A DNA stretch of 64,000 nucleotides from Euglena gracilis. Taxonomy: Eukaryota. Below the pieces are notes generated by a model that saw only the letters and a program-made list of their open reading frames with translations, was not told the DNA's origin and made no database searches. The stretch spans positions 41,471,572-41,535,571 of the forward strand of contig CP154954.1 in assembly GCA_039621445.1 (NCBI GenBank). The letters are read 5' to 3'. Below are positions 12,730-24,661 of the stretch, piece after piece (position 1 is the first letter of the stretch; each line of letters opens with the position of its first letter). Position numbers and translations under genes: made by a program.

Positions 12730-13165
12730 AGGACAAAAATTCCAAAAATGGGAAAGGGTGGTGTCCATTCCCCAATGTCCCCAAATAAGCCCATTTCATT
12801 TAATGATGTGCTATGTTTCTGCAACACGTTTATTCGTCAGACCTGGGGGCCCCCTGCTGATTTCATTAAAACCCCCCTTCAGGGCCATAAGTGCAGACAC
12901 TGTTGCTTCCATCACAAAAGATTTTTTGGCCAAGCATGGGGTGACCCCCCAGGTGTGGGTGGCCCACTCCACCAGAGGAGCAGGAGTCGGTTTACTCAAA
13001 AAATTGGGCCTTTCTGCCCAAGAAGTTTGCGAAATTGGCCAGTGGAGGGGGGTGGAGGCTTTTACAGCCCACTATCTACGACTTGGTGCCCAAGGTGCCC
13101 TGGAACATGCCCTGGCCCCCCTAATTTCAGTGCACAATCTGGCCTCACAAGGGCAAAGTGCGGAG
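12730..13165 (+). pseudogene. DIRS tyrosine recombinase, C-terminal part
   Basis: AHSTRGAG...EIGQW...AFTAHYLR (H-x-x-R, W, Y catalytic pattern). Removing 6345-12729 rejoins the frame as KIKRKGQKFQKWERVVSIP. Confidence 0.88.
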
Positions 13166-16115
13166 ACACCCCCCAGGGGCAAGAAGTCACGTCGCCAAGT
13201 CGGAGCAGCATCGTCAGCCAACCCCGGCGAGGCGGCACTAAGCGGGACCTCCTAACCCGGCGCACCCAAACAATCCAAACAACACCGCCGGCGAGCAAGG
13301 CATGGCCTCACAAGGTCTTTGTGCCCTCGGTGTCCCTTCCTCCCTTGTCGTTTTTGCTCGAGGGAGCACGAAACTCCGGTAACAAAAAGCAGTAAGAAGC
13401 ACCCCCAGCGCACGCACAAACACGCCAGAGCAGAACAGCCGGCAAGGAAAGCAGGACCTCACCATCTCGCAGTGCGGAGCCCGACTGGTCGGCAAGGAAA
13501 GCAGGACCTCGCCATCCCGAAGGGCGGAGCCCGAATGGTCGCCTTCGTTCTAGGCTCTGCTCCTGCCTTCTGGGTTGTCGAAGGTCAAAATTTTGGAATC
13601 AGCCAACTCCGGCGAAAAAGGCACTAAGCAGCAACGCCTTTCCCAGCGCAGCAAAACTATCCAAGCAACACCATCGGCAAGCAAGGCATGTCCTCACAAG
13701 GGAAAAGTGCGGAGCCCGAGGCGTCTGTCCCTCCCTCCCTTGTGGGTTTTTCCTCGAGGGAGTGCGGCAATGATGGGCTTCCCCGGAAAGGGGGGGTCCT
13801 CCGGTCTGGATGGGTGGTAAGACCCTGGCCCTTGAAAAAAGGTGCATGTTGCTGCCTTGCCTAGCTCAAGTTCTTAAGAGGGTTCGTAAAGGGATTGCAA
13901 TGACGAAATCGCAAGAAAGCAAACAGCCAATGGTGCACATAAATGGTTCAAGGAAACTTGGGTAAGAATATCCCCACACGGGATTCCTGACTGTAACATA
14001 AACAAACACACTCAGGCACAAATGTGTGTTGTGAGTTTTGTGCATGCATGTGGGGTTGCGTGGGTGTGTGCAGCGCGCGCATAAGGCGTGCATATGAGAG
14101 TGCTTCCATGAATGCGTGCATATATGTGCGTTTATGTGTGCTGATTTTGTTGTTTTTTTTTTGTGTTCTCAGATGACTGCTGGAATAACTTCAATTTATG
14201 TTGCGTCATCATGTCAAGGCGGCAGAGCGGAGGGTGGATGGATGGATGGGTGGGCAGAGGTCATCAGGAGAAGCAAAGAATATGGGGACAAATGACACAC
14301 CATGCAGACAGCGGCAGGGGCCATGTGCACAATCTGGACAAATATGGACAAGCTGTGGCCACACATCGAGCCGCTGCCCCGAAAAAATAATAGGAAGAAG
14401 CGGCTGGCAGAGGCACAGCGGGCAAATGAACAGACACCATTTGTGGTGGGTGAGAGTGAAGGGCATGGTCAACTGACGGACAGCAGCTCTCACCTCCAGG
14501 CGGGGGTTTCTTCACGTTGCCACTGAGGTCTCTCTGTGGGTCCTGGAAAGAACCAGGCAAATGTCTACGAGGACCTCTGGGCTGCTGCCGCAATACCCTA
14601 GTGCGTTGGTATGTGGCTGGAAACCAGGTTTTTTTGGGGCAAGTTGGGATCAGTTTATGACAAAGAACGGTAGAAAATGCACACCAATTATGGCAGATAA
14701 TGCCCCCAAAATTGCCCTAAATTCGGCCCATTAGACCACTCCTTCCTGTGAATCAAATTCACACACCAATTCATACTTTTTTTTATTATACCAAAAATAG
14801 CGAAAAATGGCCCCAAAAAGAGAGGAAACGCCCCAAAACAGATTCAGATGGCCCAAACTTGACCATGCAGTCGGGAATGGGCAATTATACTGCGGAAAAC
14901 TCCTGCAGAACCTCGAAATATGCGCTAAATATGCGAAATATGCACAAATATGCGATTCTTGGACAAAAAAAGTGAAATATGCACTAAATGTGCGAAATAT
15001 GCGCAAAATATGCACTCTGCATATTCCCTCCCCCCCTGTCTGATGGGCTACTGGTATCCTAATCTGCACAGGCGCAGGCACAGCCACCTTACAGGGGACC
15101 CGAGTGTCCCCGCAGCCAAGCCATCGCACCCATCAGCCGCCCATAGGGGCCGGAGCCCTGCCTTGTCAGCAGGGCTGTCCAGGGAGTCCTGGTCGGGGGT
15201 CGACCCCCCCCCCCCAGAAGGTGTGGATTAGACAACCCTCCCTCCCAAATAACTTTGCAGTGTCCTAAAGTTTTGTGTGCCTGAAGAACTTTGCAGGGGG
15301 GAAAGCTTAAAAAGATCGGTCCAAATAACTTTGCCCCCCTCCCTTTTCAAGGAAAAACCGTGAAAAATGATGCATCTTTTTTGGGAAATCAGGAGGTGGC
15401 AAGGACAAAAAATCATCTGAAATGCCATAATAATCTATTATTAGATGAATATAAATATTAAATAATATCACAAATATTAGTGAAACAAATTTCTTTTAAG
15501 AAGCGTGGTGAATCAATCCATCAATGGTTTTGGGTACTGCCCAAATAAATTTGCAGGGGGTTGGGGCCAAAAAGATCGGTCCTAACTTTGCAGGGGGCAA
15601 AATTATTTGGGGGGCGGTTACCACCGCCACACCACAGGAGGGTTCCTGGTTCCCGGTCAGCCCTGCTTGTTGGGGATGGGGCGGAGGCTGGCCTGGCCAA
15701 TGGTTCTGCCGGCGCCATTTCCGCAGATGATGCCCTGAGGCAAGACGGGTGCATGGCCTACACCGCGGCAGCCCCAGTGCAACGTCCAGACTTCTTTTTT
15801 TATCAACCCCTGGTGGGAGTGCCTTGTGCCGTGGGGTGCCTGTCCATAGCAGGCAAACCGTCCCAAGAGTGGTCAGTTTTGGGCTCGGCTGCCTGCCGAA
15901 CCAGACAAATTATCCTTGTGGGCCATTTTCGCGCCCCCAGCACATTGGCGCTGGGGGTGGAAGGCTGTGCTACAGCAGCCCCCGACCCCTCCTGCCTGCA
16001 TCCACCCTCCAGGGGGGGGGGGTGCGAACTTCCTGATAAAAAGCCCAGCAACAACCTTCTCGGTGGGAGACACAAAGAAAATGGGCCAGCCGGCCAGCGG
16101 CAGCACGGGGCGCAC

Positions 16116-16289
16116 CGCTGCGGGGGCGGCAGTGGCGGGCGGTCGCCGGCGAACCGCGGGGGGAACGACGTGGCCCCGTCGAAGATACAGAGCCGGCGCG
16201 GGCCCTCTGCCTCCGGGGGCGAGGGAGGGGCGGGGGGTGGGGGGAGGGGGGCGGTGGGCGACGGCTCTGCCTGGCCAGGGGGCGGACCC
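16116..16289 (-). CDS. FDGA-motif exon (type A), phase 2-2
   Basis: ccacAG|...GPRRLCIFDGATSFPPRFAGDRPPLPPPQ...|GTgcgc; 174 nt. Confidence 0.75.
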
Positions 16290-16978
16290 CTGTGGAGGAT
16301 GGGACGGGCGGGGGGGGGGGGGGGCGGGTTGCCTGTGGTTGAAATGGGAGGTGTCAGAGAGGACCATGTGTGATGTGCACGTTTGTGGATAGGGTTCAAC
16401 ACTTGGGGAACCCTCGCTGGTGCGAAGCAACAGAGGCAGAAACATCTGCAGAAAGACATTTGCGTTGGATGAAAACAAAATGCGAATTCCTGTGGTTTTC
16501 TGGAATGATTTCTCAAGGCGATATCAGCTTTTAGGTTTGAAAATCATTTTCTTTTGCTCATCCAATCTCCTCGATTTCAACTTTCTAAAAATTTGATCTT
16601 TTCTTCAAATATGCCATGATGCAAAAAAAAACAACTGCCAGATGAAATAGAACCATATGGTCACATGACACCTGTGCCCAAAGGCATTGCCATTATATAT
16701 TACCACAAATCACAAAATAAAAAAGTGCGTTATGAACTTGTGGGTCCAGAGATGCGCAAATGGACAGGCCACACATTCACATTCCACAAAAACATTCCAC
16801 GTGCACGCTTGGCCATCGCCCTTTTTCCAGTTCTGTGATTAACTGGAACTGGAACTGGAATGTGGGAAAAAAAACATGCCGACCAGGGGAACCGCACCCA
16901 ACCGGCACCGGGTGCAGGTTGGTTGGCTGTTTGCGTTGGCGTCTCCATCGACCAGCCCTGCAGGGCCCAGCGGCACAC

Positions 16979-17116
16979 CGTGGCCCGCACGCGGCGGGCT
17001 CCGCAGCAAACCGCGGCTCAAACGACGTTGCGCCGTCAAAGATGGCGAAGCGCTTGGGCCTGGCGGCCGCCCCGGCGACCGGCCCCGCGGGGGACCCCAC
17101 GCCAGCCCCATGCCCC
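16979..17116 (-). CDS. FDGA-motif exon, phase 2-2
   Basis: ttctcAG|...AARPKRFAIFDGATSFEPRFAAEPAACGP...|GTgtgc; 138 nt. Confidence 0.75.
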
Positions 17117-18449
17117 CTGAGAAGTGGGCCAGGCCGTCAGATGCTCATTGATTTCCAAGCTGCATTTTGCAGGTCATTTTTTGGGCAATTGTCCAGCGTG
17201 TCCAGTGTGTCCAGCCTGGCCCAATAGGTGTTCATCCCCCCTCCCCGGGGGGGACTAGCTGGCCAGCACAAATAAATAGCCAGCCCAAAATTTTAGCCCT
17301 AGCTCAACAACTCCCCCGATGCCTTAAAACGCCGCTGGGAGCGTTGGTTCCGCCACCCTCCCGACCACAGGGACAATCCAAGGGTTGATTTCAGAAACAG
17401 TACCCCCCCAAGCCCAATGAATACCAAGGCGACAGTCGACATGGTCCGGACAGGGGACGTTCAGGTTGTATGGGCATTTGCATCGTTGTGAAAGGCAACA
17501 AATGACTTGACGGTCCGGACACCCACTGTTTGTTGGGCAAGGGGTCCATTTTGACACGGGGGGAGGTACCTTTCAGGCACAGTTCAGAATCCCTCGGCGG
17601 GGTGGGGGTGCAAATCGCTTTCCCAGGACCCCCAAAAAGCTCAAATTCAAAAATTCGAATTCAAAAATAAAACACATTTTGCCGGGATCAAGCCAAAGAG
17701 AGCAAAACCCGAGCCAGATCGTGGTGATTGGCCAAAGCAGGCTTCCGAACTCTCCATGTGTGCCCGGGGGGGGGGGGGGGGCTGGTTCACCCCAGGTCTT
17801 TGCTCTATTCGGAAGAGGGGAGTCGCTACGACCCAAGCCAACTTTAACCCAGCGGGGCTCAACTTTAACTGGCAATCCAATAAAGTGGGGGGGGGACTCC
17901 CCTCCCTCCATGGGTTCCTTTTTTGACGCTGGTTCACACGCGAATGGCAACAGATGTGCTCATGAAAATAAAAGTTTTTGGGGAACTCCAAGTGGGCGCC
18001 CATTGGGCTTTTTTTTACGTTTGGGCTCAAATATTTGAAGGACGTCATCCCCTTGAAAAATATGAAGAGAATTTGCAGACGATTTTTTTGGTGTTCAATG
18101 CATTATACACCTGCTTGCGTTCCCAGTCCAATTGGCAAGTGGAGTGCACATGATCCTGGGGGTGGGGGGCACCCCCAGGTCTGTGCGCGACCCCCCCAGG
18201 GAGGACGGAGACAAAAATGTCTATCGAATACCAATAGCATACAACAGAGGCAAACAACCTTTTTTTTTAATGTGATTTGAATGATTTTTATGTGATTTAT
18301 GTGATTGGGTAAATCATCGGATGTGAGAGGGAAAAAAAGCGTTAAATCTCAACGGTGCCTCCAGGTTTTCAGGACATTTGTGAAAAATAATGGAGTGGGT
18401 CGGTGGGTGGGTGGATGGGTGGCAGAAAGCGGCCACAGGTGGCACACAC

Positions 18450-18593
18450 CCAAGCGGCGGGTGAGGAAGGTCTGCAGCGAAATGAGGTGCGTAGGAGGTT
18501 GCGCCGTCGAAGATCGCGAAGGCCGGAAGACGGCGGACGCCGCCGGTGATCAGGGGGCCGGCGGAGGGAGAGCGGGCTGAGGTGGGGCCGCTG
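18450..18593 (-). CDS. FDGA-motif exon, phase 2-2
   Basis: ccctcAG|...GVRRLPAFAIFDGATSYAPHFAADLPHPPL...|GTgtgt; 144 nt; NAGNAG acceptor. Confidence 0.75.
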
Positions 18594-18923
18594 CTGAGGG
18601 GGGAGGAGAGGGGCGACCGAGGCCAGGGCCCATGAGCCCATTTTATTTTTCACAACGTACAGGGGCTGCCCGCAGCACAGGCTGGAGAAGCAGTGTGGAA
18701 TGCGGCCCTGGTTGGGGCGGGTGGGATGGTGGGGCCACTGCCAGAGGGGAAGGGGGGCGGCCGGCGGGACCCTCGGCGGACCCCCTGAGTCGGAGCAGAC
18801 GCATGTTGCCCGACCGTCTGGATTGTCGTCGACGGTACTGTCAGACAATGCGTGTGCCATGGATTGGAAAGAACCGGAAACAGGCAGGCACGCCGGGCAA
18901 GCCAGAGGCTGCACGGGGCGCAC

Positions 18924-19088
18924 CGCTGCGGGGGCGGCAGTGGCGGGCGGTCGCCGGCGAACCGCGGGGGGAACGACGTGGCCCCGTCGAAGATACAGAG
19001 CCGGCGTGCCTCCGGGGGCGAGGGAGGGGCGGGGGGTGGGGGGAGGGGGGCGGTGGGCGACGGCTCTGCCTGGCCGGGGGGCGGACCC
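18924..19088 (-). CDS. FDGA-motif exon (type A copy, 9 nt shorter), phase 2-2
   Basis: Near-identical to 16116-16289; ARRLCIFDGATSFPPRFAGD; 165 nt. Confidence 0.75.
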
Positions 19089-22000
19089 CTGTGGAGGATG
19101 GGACGGGCGGGGGGGGGGGGGGATGGGAGGCAGAAAGGGAGATCAGAGAAGGGGTTACTGTCACTGTCACTGTCGCAGAAACAACAAATTGTGCAAAATG
19201 TGTGGGTGAGAGAAATGAAAATCATAAAAATACAAAAAAAATACACCAAAAACATGCAAAAATGGCTCCAAACTCAACAGAAATTAAATGGAATTAAAAG
19301 GAAAATATCAGTTTGAAGAAATAAAATTTCAAAAAAATGAAGAAAAAAAAACAGAAATGGTAAAAAAAAATGCGAAAAAAAGCAAATCAACGAAAAAAGC
19401 GCCAAAAAGCAAAACAAGACGTGAAAAGAATCGAGAAAAATGCGCAAAAATGCGCATTTTGGGGTAGCTTTTCCTAAAAAAAAATGTGCAAAAAATGCGC
19501 AAAAATGCAGAAAAGTACGAAACGCATTTCCCCTTCCCTGGGAAGCTAGTTGCATGGAAAAACTTTCAGGGGCTCCCGCGGGATGTGCACTTACTATACT
19601 ATATACTGGAACAGTTTTGGAACTCTCTCCAAAGAAAAATCACAGGGTTTACTCCCAAACTGGTGAAGGGGAGACCAAAGCATTTCTTTCGTTTTATTTG
19701 AGCATATTTTGCGATCAGGAGTTTTCAAAAATTAGAAAAACCATCTTTTCTGCTTTTTTTTTGGGTTAAAAATGCATGAAATAAGACTTGCACCTTTTGT
19801 TTGTTTCTATTTATATGTTTGCATGTTTTTGAGGGTCTACATTACGTCCCCCCCCCCCCCCGAAACGACTCCTAATTTGAGGTTTGACCTCCAAATTTTG
19901 ATTCTGAAATTCGACCACGACTTATTTACACTTCAATTTTTTTGCCATCCTTAGCCTCATTGCCCGACCCTGGGAGAGTGGGATGGCATGGCAATTCCTT
20001 TCTGTCTAGTCTAGTCTGTCAACCAACAGCAAGAGGGGCATCTCACTCCCCTACAAAAGTAGGCAATTCCATAGCAGTGGGAAATCTCATCCAGTGTTGA
20101 ATTTTGAAATCCAAGTTGTTCCATAATTATGTGAGTTATTGCTCCAAGGGGTATGGGATTTCATGGAACTCTGCCAAAAATTCTCATCAGAGCAAATCCT
20201 TGTCACAGGCCCCACGGGAAATTTTTGTTCTCGAGAATATGCCAGGGTCCCTGGTATGCCAACCTGTTGTTAAACGAAATTTTCAGGGTCCCAGGCGTCG
20301 ACCGGTCAGCTGACAGTCTTCCTGGGGTTGGGGGAGGGGAAACTTCCGGAAATGGCATGCATCTGTCCTTGAGAGGGGGGAGGGGCGGCTTTTTGCGTTC
20401 TTTTTTTTTGCATTTTTTTTTTATTTTGGCAAGATTTATGCTTTTGTGTGTCCTTCTGTATTTTTTTTTTGCACCCATTTTACCCTTACGCCAAAATTTT
20501 TGTCATTTTTGTCATTTTTCCATTTTTGGTCAACAAATTGCAATATTTCCCCCCCAAAATTTCACGGGATAGAGTCGGAATAGCAAGTATCATGAAAAAG
20601 TGTAATGTCAAAATCATGAAACGGTGCTGTGAAAAAAGATTTTGTTGTATCTCAGGAATTTTGGGTCTTCCCAGTGTGTTAAATGTGGAAAAAGTGCGAA
20701 ATATTTAAAAATTCTTCACATACAGTGAGGAAAAGTTTCGCTTTGACTCAAAAAGTCAAAAAATAAGCACACAAAAAAAACCAATTGGTTGGATTTTTCA
20801 AAAAAAAATCAACAAAACAACAAACTTGAAGAATGCAAAATGAAACAGATATTCTATGAACTTGAAACAACAAAACATAAAAAAATAATCACAAAATACA
20901 AAAACATGCTTGCGGGCCAAAAAAACTAAGTTGTGTTAAAAACCCGCCAGAAGGAAAAAAATAAAAAGAAAAGAAAGCAGAAAGAAAAGAAAGACTACAA
21001 TTCTCTTGGAAGAACTACTTCTGAATTGAAAACACACATTTGTCTTCCTCTCTCCCTTGTTCTTGCTTTTTGAGGAAAAAAAACCCTCAATTTTGGATGC
21101 ATTTGAATTGGGGCATTCTAATTCTTTAATGCATGGGTAAACTGTGGCCAACGTCACTTCCAGCTTGGTGCCACTGGTCGGCCCTGGTCGACCCTGGTTG
21201 GCAAATGGTCGGCCGCAGGTGGGGGTCAGCATATGTCACGACCGTACAATACACTTTGAAACACATTTGCCCACTTTTCTTACTTTTACCCACTTACCCA
21301 ATTTCGACCTCTTTTGCCCGTTTTTGGGGGGGGACAGCTTTTTGGCCAATTTTGGCCATTTAAGCCAATTTTGGGTGCGCTGTTTTTTTGGCCACTTTGT
21401 GCACCATTGGCCACGTTTAGGCAACTTTTGGTCCTTTTGGCCAATTTGGCATTTTTTGATGGCCTCTGTGCTTTTTGTCCACTTTTGGCCACTTTTGGCC
21501 ACTTTTGCCGACTTTTGGCCTTATGGCCACTTTCAGGCTGCTTCTCCTGCTTTTACCACTTTTGGACACTTCGTTGCCACCAGGAATTATTTTTTTAAGG
21601 AGCCTTAAAAAACGTGAAAAAAACTTTAAAAAAAGTGGTTCTGGAATTTTTCGAATTTTGAGCGAAACAGAAGTCTCAAAATATTGGCAAAAACAGGCCA
21701 ACTCCAGGGGAAAAAATGATGATTTCTTGCATCGCTGAACATTGTCCATCCACCCAAAACTCAAAAAAAAATGTGTTTGATTTTCAACCTGGACCGACGT
21801 TGGTTCGATGCCCGGATGGCTTTTTGACCGTCCATGAAAGATAGGCGCCTTAAAGATTCTTAATACCTTAAAAAACCTTTAAAAAACCTTCAAAAATCTT
21901 GAAAATTTTGCCTTAAAAATAACAATGCCTGGTTGCCACCTTTTTGCTGCTTTTTTTGACTGCCTTTGGCTACCTTTTACTGCTTTGGCCACTTTTGTCT

Positions 22001-23348
22001 CTTTTGCCTCTTTTGCACGCATTTTACCATTTTTTTTTACCCACCTTTGCCACCTTTGGGCCACTTTGGGCTTCTTTTTGTTGTGTTTGAAGTCAAAAAG
22101 CAGCAACAAATGGCCACAAATCAACAAAAGTGCCAAAAGCAATCGAAAGCAGTGACTGAATAATGACCAAACATCAGGAAATGGGTCAAAACAACAAAAA
22201 AAAACGAACAAGATTTGGAAAGAGTGGCCAAGAGCGGTCAAAAGACAGCAAAAAGTGGCCAGAAGTTGGCACAAAAAAAAACAGTCAAAAACAACAAAAA
22301 AATGATAAAATGGCCTAAAAGCGGCCAAGGTGGTAAAAATGGCCAAAAGTGAGCAAAGGAGCACAGGGCTGTACGGGAAGGCCTGGTGGGGGGGGGGACC
22401 CCCCACCACAGCATTTTCACAAATTTTTGGGTCGAAAATTGGTGCTCCGGGAAATACGGGAGGAGCTGGTGGGGGGTGGGGGTGGTCGACTCCCCCCACC
22501 CACCACCCTGTGGTTGGGGTGGGGTGGTCGACCCCTCCCACCCACCACCCTGGCTGTTTGGCCGATTCCCGCACTGCCCTGGCCCAAAGCTAGCCAAAAG
22601 CAGTCAACAGCAGCAAAGAGTGGCCAGAAGAAGCCAGAAATGGAACATGACAGGACAAGTAGGTACACCTGGGTAAGACTTCCGTGTTTCCCAAATACTG
22701 CCTCTGCGGCTGACAAACTGCGAAGTCGGCCCTGGTCGCCCCTGGTCGGAACCCCACTTATGGTGGCCTTGAAAATGACCCAGCCCTGGTCGCACCTGGT
22801 CAGCCCTGGTCAGCCCTGGTCGGCTGTAGGTGCCTGGTGGTCAACAAAAACTGATAAAAGGATGTAACAAAAATTCTTCTGTCTTTCAAATTTGTTTATT
22901 TCCAAATTATACTTCATGTTAGTAAACCTTTTCCTCCTCGTTTAGACTTTGTGAGGGAAAAAACCCTCTGGGATCTTGTGCACCAACCCATAGAGGACAC
23001 AAAGAAAATTGTGAGGCACAAATAAACTGACAAATATGCAAATAATAATAATAAAACCCCCCAAAATACTCAAAAAAGCGAAAAGGCATGAAAGACAGCG
23101 AGCAAATAGGCGAATGTCTCTGAGGCGGAGCATCGAAAGAAAAACTTCCGTGATTTCGGCCAAAAGAGGGCCGGGGGTGGGTCTGGAGCCCCCATACTAC
23201 TTTCCCCCTGAGGGTGGTCTGGACCCCACAGGCGACCTACCTCAAAACCGAAGGCTTCCCATTCATCCCTGTCCACCCCACAAGGGAACAAGGAGAACCG
23301 CAGCAAAGAGAGATGGGCCAGCCGGACAGCGGCACTATTGGGGCGCAC

Positions 23349-23522
23349 CGCTGCGGGGGCGGCAGCGGCGGGCGGTCGCTGGCAAACCGCGGGGGGAACG
23401 ACGTGGCCCCGTCGAAGATGCAGAGCCGGCGTGGGCCGTCCGCCTCCGGGGGCGAGGGAGGGGCGGGGGGTGGGGGGAGGGGGGTGGCGGGCGACGGCTC
23501 TGCCCGGCCGGGGGGCGGACCC
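23349..23522 (-). CDS. FDGA-motif exon (type A copy), phase 2-2
   Basis: GPRRLCIFDGATSFPPRFASD; 174 nt; AG/GT flanks. Confidence 0.75.
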
Positions 23523-23714
23523 CTGTGGAGGATGGGACGGGCGGGGGGGGGGGGGGGGCGGGGTGCCTGTGGTTGGCTGTCCTGGGCCATAGCAGAGCAC
23601 GTTATCTGCCCAATGTATCCGCCAGCAAAGCTTGAGATCCGCCACCAGGAGTGGGGGTGGCGGGCCGCTGTGTGCACTGCTGACCCACGCGATGTGTTGC
23701 TGACCCTGGCGCAC

Positions 23715-23842
23715 CGGCAGGCAGAGGGGGGGCGGAGCTGGTGGAGGGCGACGTCATCGACGAAGCGGCTGGGGAACGTGCATGCCCCGTCGTACATCAC
23801 GAAGCGACGGCGGCCAGGCGACGGGGTTGGTCGCCCAGGCGC
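23715..23842 (-). CDS. FDGA-motif exon (acceptor uncertain)
   Basis: PSPGRRRFVMYDGACTFPSRFVDDVALHQLRPP; donor GTgcgc in phase 2. Confidence 0.65.
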
Positions 23843-24039
23843 CTGTGGTCGACTCAACGCCCCCCCCCCCCTCCGGCTCCGGGAGCAGGAGGGGTAAGGC
23901 GTTGGACACGCAGGCCAGCCTTGCGTAGTGTGGTGGGTGTGTTGGGGTGTGGTAGGGGGGCGTGTTGTGCATGGTGTGGCGTGGCGTGGAGAGGTGTGGT
24001 GTGGTGCGGCGAGGTGATATGGCCTCCCTTTCAACCACG

Positions 24040-24164
24040 GTGGCGGCCCGGGGGCGGGGATGGGCTGTGGGGCAGACTGCCGTCGGGGACGAAGCGCGGG
24101 GCAAAGGTGCAGGCGCCGTCGAACACCGCAAAGCGGGGGACGGCGGGGGTGGCTGCTGGCAACC
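24040..24164 (-). CDS. FDGA-motif exon (donor uncertain)
   Basis: cccgtcAG acceptor, then AATPAVPRFAVFDGACTFAPRFVPDGSLPH (frame not in the ORF track). Confidence 0.65.
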
Positions 24165-24499
24165 CTGACGGGCTGGCCAGGGAGAGTTTGGGGGTGCACA
24201 TGCCAACCCCAACAGCAGGGTACTAAGTGAAGGGCGGACGGGGTTCGACCCCCGGGGGGAGGGGGGGGGGCGCTGGAGATATTATTTTGTGTCAGAAAAA
24301 CAAATGCCTCAAAAATCTTGCTTTTCGACACCTTTGGGAAAAAATCAATAAAACCACCTCAGACTGAAAACAGATGCTCATATGGTTGCACCCATCCTAG
24401 CTTCTCCTCTGCCAAGGATGCTGGCTTCTCCGCCCCCCCCCCCCCAATCAGCACAGAGCCACGTCGGCCACAGCTGGGCCGGCCCTTCAGGGGCCACTT

Positions 24500-24661
24500 G
24501 CCCGCTGTCTGCTGGGCTGGAACGGCGGCGGTGGGCGGCGAAGCGCTGGGGGAAGCTGCACGCCCCGTCGAAGACCACGAACGTCTTCAGCTGCCGCGGG
24601 TCGGGCGGGGGCTGGGATGGGCGCCCCCCCCCTCCCGGGCATTCGCTTTCGCCGGGCCGCG
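24500..24661 (-). CDS. FDGA-motif exon (donor uncertain)
   Basis: cccccAG acceptor, then PPPDPRQLKTFVVFDGACSFPQRFAAHRRRSS. Confidence 0.65.

Larger units (their letters stand above)
3016..13850 (+). mobile_element. DIRS-like tyrosine-recombinase retrotransposon, decayed, interrupted by an LTR element; ends approximate
   Basis: Order gag-like / RT / RNase H / methyltransferase / tyrosine recombinase on the + strand. Rearranged direct repeats at 13140-13760. Confidence 0.85.
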
